64,000 bases of DNA from Kofleriaceae bacterium (GTDB taxonomy: Bacteria > Myxococcota_A > Polyangia > Haliangiales > Haliangiaceae), in the NCBI GenBank assembly GCA_965215005.1, contig CBDCCZ010000039.1, positions 1 through 64,000 on the forward strand. Direction: 5' to 3'. This document shows positions 59,065 through 64,000 of this stretch, piece after piece (the stretch's first letter is position 1; each line of letters opens with the position of its first letter). A program made the position numbers and the translations under genes. A model generated the notes under the pieces. That model worked only from the letters and a program-made list of their open reading frames with translations. It was not told the DNA's origin and ran no database searches.

Positions 59065-61824
59065 CTAAGGGCGCTCGATGCGGAACGGCACGTTGGGAAC
59101 GGTGATCCCGGGCGCGGTGATGGTGAGGGTGCCTTCGGCAACGATGGGACCGCCATCGGTGCGCAGCGTGGCGGTGATCGAGCGGGCATCGGCGAGAGCG
59201 CGGGGTCCCAGCGGCATCGCGAAGGACGACATGGTGAAGGATGAAGCATCGATGCGCACCCAGCCGTCTTGCTGCTGCGTAGGCACCGCAGCAGGACGAA
59301 TTTCGATGGGCACAGCGCCACCGTTGCCGTCACCAGGCGAGACCTGCAGGCGCATCTCGACGTCGGTCGGTGGGCCGCCAAAGGCCACTGTCACGAGCAT
59401 GCGCAAGCTGTCACTCGGCAGTGGCTGGGGCGCCGCGGCGACCTCGAAGTCGATAGTGCGGTCCGCGTTGAGACTGCCTCCCGTGAGGAACGGCAGCCCT
59501 TCGCCCACGACGTAGCGATACCGGCCGGCGGCCAGCGGCTCGGCCGGCACGAAGCCGATGCGCTGGCCCTCGAGCACCACCGCGCCTGCCACCGGCTGGT
59601 CGTCTTCATCAATGAGCTTCACGTGCTGCGCAGCAAGCTCCTCGGCGCTGCTCGACTGCGAGCTATCCACCGGCTCAGAGAAGGCAAGCCACGGGCGGGC
59701 ATCGGGATACACCGCGGTGGCGTCTTTCTCCGGCCACTGCCCCAGCGGCGCTGCTCCTTTGGCCGTGAGCTGGCTGACGAAGGCAAGCAGGTCAGCCTGC
59801 TCCTGATCATCGAGCTCTGCCTCGGTGTAATCGATGGCGACCGCGAGGGCCTCGGGAATCCCCTTGGCTTGGCCGTGAACGAAGTAGATGCCGTGGCGAT
59901 AGACGCCGAGCAGCGACGGCACATCGGCGGGCACGCCGGACTTGCCTACCTCGATCATTTGACGGCTCGTGTACAGCGGCGGCGTGTGGCAGAGCGAGCA
60001 CTTCGCTTTGCCCTCGAACAGCGCCTCGCCGCGCAACGCGGCTTCCGTGTAGCTACCGTCGAGGCGGGTGTGTTGGTTGGCGGCCGGGGCGCCGATGAGC
60101 GATCCTAGAAACGCTTCGAGTGCGGCTGCCTCCTCCGCCGCCACGGGTCGCGCGACAATCGAGGCCGGCCCTTGGTAAGCGAAGTTCTCATAGCGCGATA
60201 CGTACCCGGCCCAGCCGATGGGCTCAGTGGCCGCCAGCAGCTGAATCGGCCGCACGTTGGCCCAGTCACGCGGGCCAAAGCGCCACCGCATCCCCTCGTT
60301 CTGTGCCTCGACGTGGCAGCTCGAGCACGAGTGTTGGCTGGCGTAATCGCCGCCAGGACGGGTAAAGATTTGCTCCCCCGCCGCCACGTCTGCAGGGCGG
60401 GCATCGTCGGCGAGCCTCACCGAGGTAACGCCGCTCGAGCCGATGATCCAGAGCTCGAGACTCATGTAGCAGTGCACCGCCACCGCTCCGTCGCCCAAGT
60501 CGATGAGTTGGCGCGGCCCGGCACCAACTTCAAAGCGCGCCCGCTCCTCCAAGGTCTGCCGATCGAGCTGCACTACAATGCCCGACGATTCGGCAGCAAC
60601 CCATATCGAGTCGCCAGCGAGCAACACGCCGGAAGGATTGACCACCACGGCTGCGGCGCTCGGCTGCCGCGACAGATCGGCGCGACGCAGCGTCTGGGCG
60701 AGATTTTCGGCCTCACCGACCAGCACTTGATGTACGAACGAGCTGCCGTCGGCCTGCGAGGGAATGGGGTCTCCTGCGGTGCCGACCACCGCCAGCTCGT
60801 CACCATCGACATCGATGGCGCGGAGCTCCGCCGATAAGCCGCTCACCCGATCGATCACCTCGGCGGTGGCGGTGTCGACGATCCACAGATCTTCATCATC
60901 GCCTGGGCCATAGTCGCGCATGGTGTCGACGTCTCGGTCGCCGGAGCGATACGAAGCCACAAACAACCGGCTGCCATCTTCGGAGAGAGCCATCGCGCGC
61001 GGATCGAAACCCACCTCGATGCGCTCGCTCACGACCCGCGCCTCCACATCGACCACCGCGACCTCGCCCATCGTCGGCAGGCTCACATACGCCCGCGCGC
61101 CATCCGGCGACAGCAACACCGCGGTCGGCTCGTCGCCGACCCACAGCGCATCCTCCAACACACCGCGGTCGCGATCGATGAAGCCCAACGTATCGCTGCC
61201 GCGCTGCGCGACCAGGACATAGGGCAATCCGTCATCGCCGGCGACCGAGCTCGGCCACGCGCCCACGGTCACTTCGTCGGCAACGCGCCAGCCGTTGTCA
61301 TTTACCAGCCTAGTGACTGAGTAGGTCGCGCCGTTGGCGACCCAGATCTCGTCGCCGACCCGCGTCGCGCCGTAGAGCGGCGTTAGATAATGGTTGCGGA
61401 ACCGCTCCGCCAGGGACCGCGCCACCACCGTGAGCTCGAGCTCCTCGGCCAACCCGGTGACCGCAAACCGATATTGCCCGGCGACATCGGGCGTGAAGCG
61501 CGGCGACGAAGTGCCTTCGCTGTACACGCGGTTTTCGCTGCCGGCCGGCGCCTCGGTGACGGTCCAGCTGGCGCCGTCTGGGCAGCTGGAGGCCAGCGAG
61601 GGCAGATAGAAAGTTTCGCCGAGCGTATGACTGCGGGGGTTCTGCAGCGGCAAGAGCTCGCCAACACACGCTGGCGTGGCCCCTGGATCGGTGGGCTCTG
61701 TTGGATCCGTGGGGTCGGTCGGGTCCGTCCCAGAGCCATCGCTGCCGTCTCCGCAGCCAGCCGCCAAGCTCAGGGTGGCGAGCGCGGCAAGCGCGCACAA
61801 TGTGAAGGTGCTACGGGTGTGCAT
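59065..61824 (-). CDS. Lipoprotein: YVTN/YncE beta-propeller, di-heme cytochrome c (peroxidase/MauG-like) and Ig-like domain
   Basis: Lipobox LAAGC; repeats VGAWP, VGDEP, VGFDP, VGAGP; CSSCH and RGEALFEGKAKCSLCH; VPSLLGVY...YFVHG; FSEPVD Ig-like segment. Confidence 0.85.
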   Translation of the reverse strand: MHTRSTFTLCALAALATLSLAAGCGDGSDGSGTDPTDPTDPTEPTDPGATPACVGELLPLQNPRSHTLGETFYLPSLASSCPDGASWTVTEAPAGSENRVYSEGTSSPRFTPDVAGQYRFAVTGLAEELELTVVARSLAERFRNHYLTPLYGATRVGDEIWVANGATYSVTRLVNDNGWRVADEVTVGAWPSSVAGDDGLPYVLVAQRGSDTLGFIDRDRGVLEDALWVGDEPTAVLLSPDGARAYVSLPTMGEVAVVDVEARVVSERIEVGFDPRAMALSEDGSRLFVASYRSGDRDVDTMRDYGPGDDEDLWIVDTATAEVIDRVSGLSAELRAIDVDGDELAVVGTAGDPIPSQADGSSFVHQVLVGEAENLAQTLRRADLSRQPSAAAVVVNPSGVLLAGDSIWVAAESSGIVVQLDRQTLEERARFEVGAGPRQLIDLGDGAVAVHCYMSLELWIIGSSGVTSVRLADDARPADVAAGEQIFTRPGGDYASQHSCSSCHVEAQNEGMRWRFGPRDWANVRPIQLLAATEPIGWAGYVSRYENFAYQGPASIVARPVAAEEAAALEAFLGSLIGAPAANQHTRLDGSYTEAALRGEALFEGKAKCSLCHTPPLYTSRQMIEVGKSGVPADVPSLLGVYRHGIYFVHGQAKGIPEALAVAIDYTEAELDDQEQADLLAFVSQLTAKGAAPLGQWPEKDATAVYPDARPWLAFSEPVDSSQSSSAEELAAQHVKLIDEDDQPVAGAVVLEGQRIGFVPAEPLAAGRYRYVVGEGLPFLTGGSLNADRTIDFEVAAAPQPLPSDSLRMLVTVAFGGPPTDVEMRLQVSPGDGNGGAVPIEIRPAAVPTQQQDGWVRIDASSFTMSSFAMPLGPRALADARSITATLRTDGGPIVAEGTLTITAPGITVPNVPFRIERP

Positions 61825-61955
61825 TGCCGCGTAACCTGCCGCCACTCCTACGAGAGTTCGGTGTTGATTTGGCTGCAATTATGTCGGCTTTTGTCCCGCC
61901 AATCAGGCAAGTAAGCTACATCACCCAAATCGCCCTACCACCGCTCTGCCCGGGC

Positions 61956-63074
61956 TCAGCCCCCGCGATGCTCTCGCACGATGCCGAGCATCCGCCGCAG
62001 CGGCTCGGCGGCTCCCCACAGCAGCTGATCGCCCACCGAAAACGCAGTCAGATACTCGGGTCCCATCCGCATCTTGCGCAGCCGCCCCACCGGCACCTCC
62101 AGCGTTCCCGTCACCGCCGCCGGCGTGAGCTGCGCCAAGGTGGCCTCCTTGGTGTTTTCCACCACCTTCGTCCACGGATGCGCCTCGGAGATGATCGCCT
62201 CCAATTCATCGAGCGGCACGTCTTTGCGCAGCTTGATCGTGAAGCCTTGAGCGTGACACCGCATGGCTCCGATCCGAACGCACTGGCCATCCACCGGGAT
62301 GGGCGTTTTCGTGGCCAAGATCTTGTTGCTCTCGGCAAAGCCTTTCCATTCTTCCCGCGTCTGTCCGCCTTCCACGGCCCGGTCGATCCACGGCAACAAG
62401 TTGCCAGCGAGTGGATAGCCGAAGTTGCCGATGGGAAAGTCCGCGTGCCGCAACCGCTCGGTGATGAGCCGATCGAACTCCACCGCGCCGACCGCCGGAT
62501 CCGCCAGAGCGGTAGCGGCGGCCTGCGACAGCGCGGCCATCTGCGCAATGAGCTCGCGCATATGCGCCGCACCAGCGCCCGAAGCAGCCTGGTACGTCAT
62601 CGTGCTCACCCACTCGACCAGCCCTGCATCGTAGAGACCAGCAAGCCCCATGAGCATCAGGCTCGTGGTGCAGTTAGGCCCTACGAAGGTCTTGCGGCCC
62701 TCGCGAAGGCCGCTGTCGATCACCCGCCGGTTCACCGGATCGAGGATGAGCACCGCCTCGTCTTGCATGCGCAGCGCCGACGCCGCATCGATCCAATAGC
62801 CCTGCCACCCGGCCGCGCGCAGCTTCGGATAGACCTCCTGGGTGTAGTCGCCGCCCTGACACGACACCAGGACGTCAAATTTCGCCAGCGTGTCGATGGC
62901 GCCAGCGTCGAGCAGCGGTCGCGCTTCGCCAGCCACATTTGGCCCCGGCTTGCCCGGGCTAGAGGTCGAGAAGAAGCTCGCGTCGAGCCCATCGAAATCG
63001 CCTTCCGCGCGCATGCGGTCCAGGAGAACCGAGCCAACCATGCCGCGCCAGCCGATGAAACCGGTCTTCATCAT
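61956..63074 (-). CDS. asd: Aspartate-semialdehyde dehydrogenase (E. coli/gamma type)
   Basis: GFIGWRGMVGSVL, CQGGDYT, GYWIDAAS.LRM, NCTTSLML, YQAASGAGA, VGDQLLWGAAEPL. Confidence 0.97.
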   Translation of the reverse strand: MMKTGFIGWRGMVGSVLLDRMRAEGDFDGLDASFFSTSSPGKPGPNVAGEARPLLDAGAIDTLAKFDVLVSCQGGDYTQEVYPKLRAAGWQGYWIDAASALRMQDEAVLILDPVNRRVIDSGLREGRKTFVGPNCTTSLMLMGLAGLYDAGLVEWVSTMTYQAASGAGAAHMRELIAQMAALSQAAATALADPAVGAVEFDRLITERLRHADFPIGNFGYPLAGNLLPWIDRAVEGGQTREEWKGFAESNKILATKTPIPVDGQCVRIGAMRCHAQGFTIKLRKDVPLDELEAIISEAHPWTKVVENTKEATLAQLTPAAVTGTLEVPVGRLRKMRMGPEYLTAFSVGDQLLWGAAEPLRRMLGIVREHRGG

Positions 63075-63241
63075 GCCCCGTTCCTTACCACAGTCGCTGC
63101 GTCTCGCCGGCAACTCCTCGAGCTTGCTCTGCGCCCTCGGCCTACATCGCCGCTCATCAACGCGCGACGCAGTCGCCTACTTGGCTCGGGTGTCGCTTTT
63201 GTCTCCAGAACCGCCGCGCATCGCCGATGCTAAAGCTACTG

Positions 63242-64000
63242 ATGCGTAGCTCCCGGACAGAAGCTCTCGGCGGTGGCCGATTCGAGCTCCGCCGCATGCT
63301 GGGCGAAGGCGGCATGGGCGTCGTGTATGAGGCCTACGACCGCGAGCGCCGGTCCCTGGTGGCGCTCAAGACCCTGCGCAGCCTTGAGCCAGATGCCCTG
63401 CTGCGCTTCAAGTCCGAGTTCCGCCGCCTCAGTAACCTCGTGCATCCCAACCTGGTGGCGTTTGGCGAGCTCGTCGATCACGACGGACAGCCGTTCTTCA
63501 CCATGGAGCTGATCCGCGGCACCGAATTTCTCCGCTACGTGCGGCCGGGCCCCGCCGATGCCCCAGCGGCCGAGGGCACCGCCGCCGTCGAGCTCCCCGA
63601 AGATCTACAAAGCACACAAAGCTCGCTGTTCGCGGTCATGGGCGATGGCGACCATTCCGCCAGCGCCCCGCTGCCCTGCCGGCCGCTGCGCGCCGCACGA
63701 TTCGACGAGCTGCGCCTGCGCAACAGTCTCACCCAGCTCGCCTCTGGGCTCGAAGCGCTCCATCAGAGCGGGATGGTCCATCGCGATATCAAGCCGTCGA
63801 ATCTGCTCATCACCGACAGCGGCCGGCTCGTGATCCTCGATTTTGGCCTGGTGACCGATGCCGGCACCGATCGCATCACCGATCAGGACCAGGTGGTTGG
63901 CACCGTCACGTATATGGCGCCAGAGCAGATGCGCTCGGCGGCGGTCGACGCGGCTGCCGACTGCTATTCGCTCGGGGTCATCTTGTACATCGCCCTCACC
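63242..64000 (+). CDS. Ser/Thr kinase (same family as the kinase-ATPases), partial, runs off the window
   Basis: My translation gives MRSSRTEALGGGRFELRRMLGEGGMGVVYEAYD...VALKTL...HRDIKPSN...DFG...YMAPEQ. Not in the supplied ORF track because it has no stop in the window. Confidence 0.93.
   Translation, partial: MRSSRTEALGGGRFELRRMLGEGGMGVVYEAYDRERRSLVALKTLRSLEPDALLRFKSEFRRLSNLVHPNLVAFGELVDHDGQPFFTMELIRGTEFLRYVRPGPADAPAAEGTAAVELPEDLQSTQSSLFAVMGDGDHSASAPLPCRPLRAARFDELRLRNSLTQLASGLEALHQSGMVHRDIKPSNLLITDSGRLVILDFGLVTDAGTDRITDQDQVVGTVTYMAPEQMRSAAVDAAADCYSLGVILYIALT

Noticed and set aside
8491..63233. Many long antisense or alternate-frame ORFs (e.g. 8491-9693, 10297-11274, 39829-41316, 47137-48510, 49890-51440, 61824-63233)
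   Set aside because: They are shadows of well-supported genes, as expected in high-GC DNA where stop codons are rare.

Overview
High-GC bacterial DNA, very probably Myxococcota (Polyangia-like). The basis is four Hanks-type Ser/Thr kinases, giant TPR proteins, lipoproteins with GK(A/E/Y)D-type motifs and myxobacterial-looking IS remnants. Left to right: (1) An IS66 right end and IS3 debris, then a visibly more AT-rich minus-strand operon: membrane Ser/Thr kinase-WD40, a 67-aa double-glycine-type peptide with its own strong RBS, and an exported M16 peptidase pair. A further transposon remnant closes it. This is my best candidate for an undescribed system (peptide signalling or a RiPP-like module). 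(2) A TPR membrane protein, a REP-like repeat array, an aldo/keto reductase, an ABC-F ATPase and a kinase-ATPase. (3) Two small DNA-binding proteins and a decayed clan-A glycoside hydrolase split by a 4.2-kb insert bounded by a 7-bp direct repeat. (4) An orphan tandem BrxD/DUF2791-like ATPase, prc, and a complete, translationally coupled E. coli-type mukF-mukE-mukB operon. (5) A multiheme cytochrome c lipoprotein pair (first gene frameshifted), large TPR proteins, a second kinase-ATPase, an Rpn nuclease, a beta-propeller/di-heme lipoprotein, asd and a partial kinase. No rRNA, tRNA or CRISPR array was recognised. All family assignments come from motif recognition by eye; no database searches were run.
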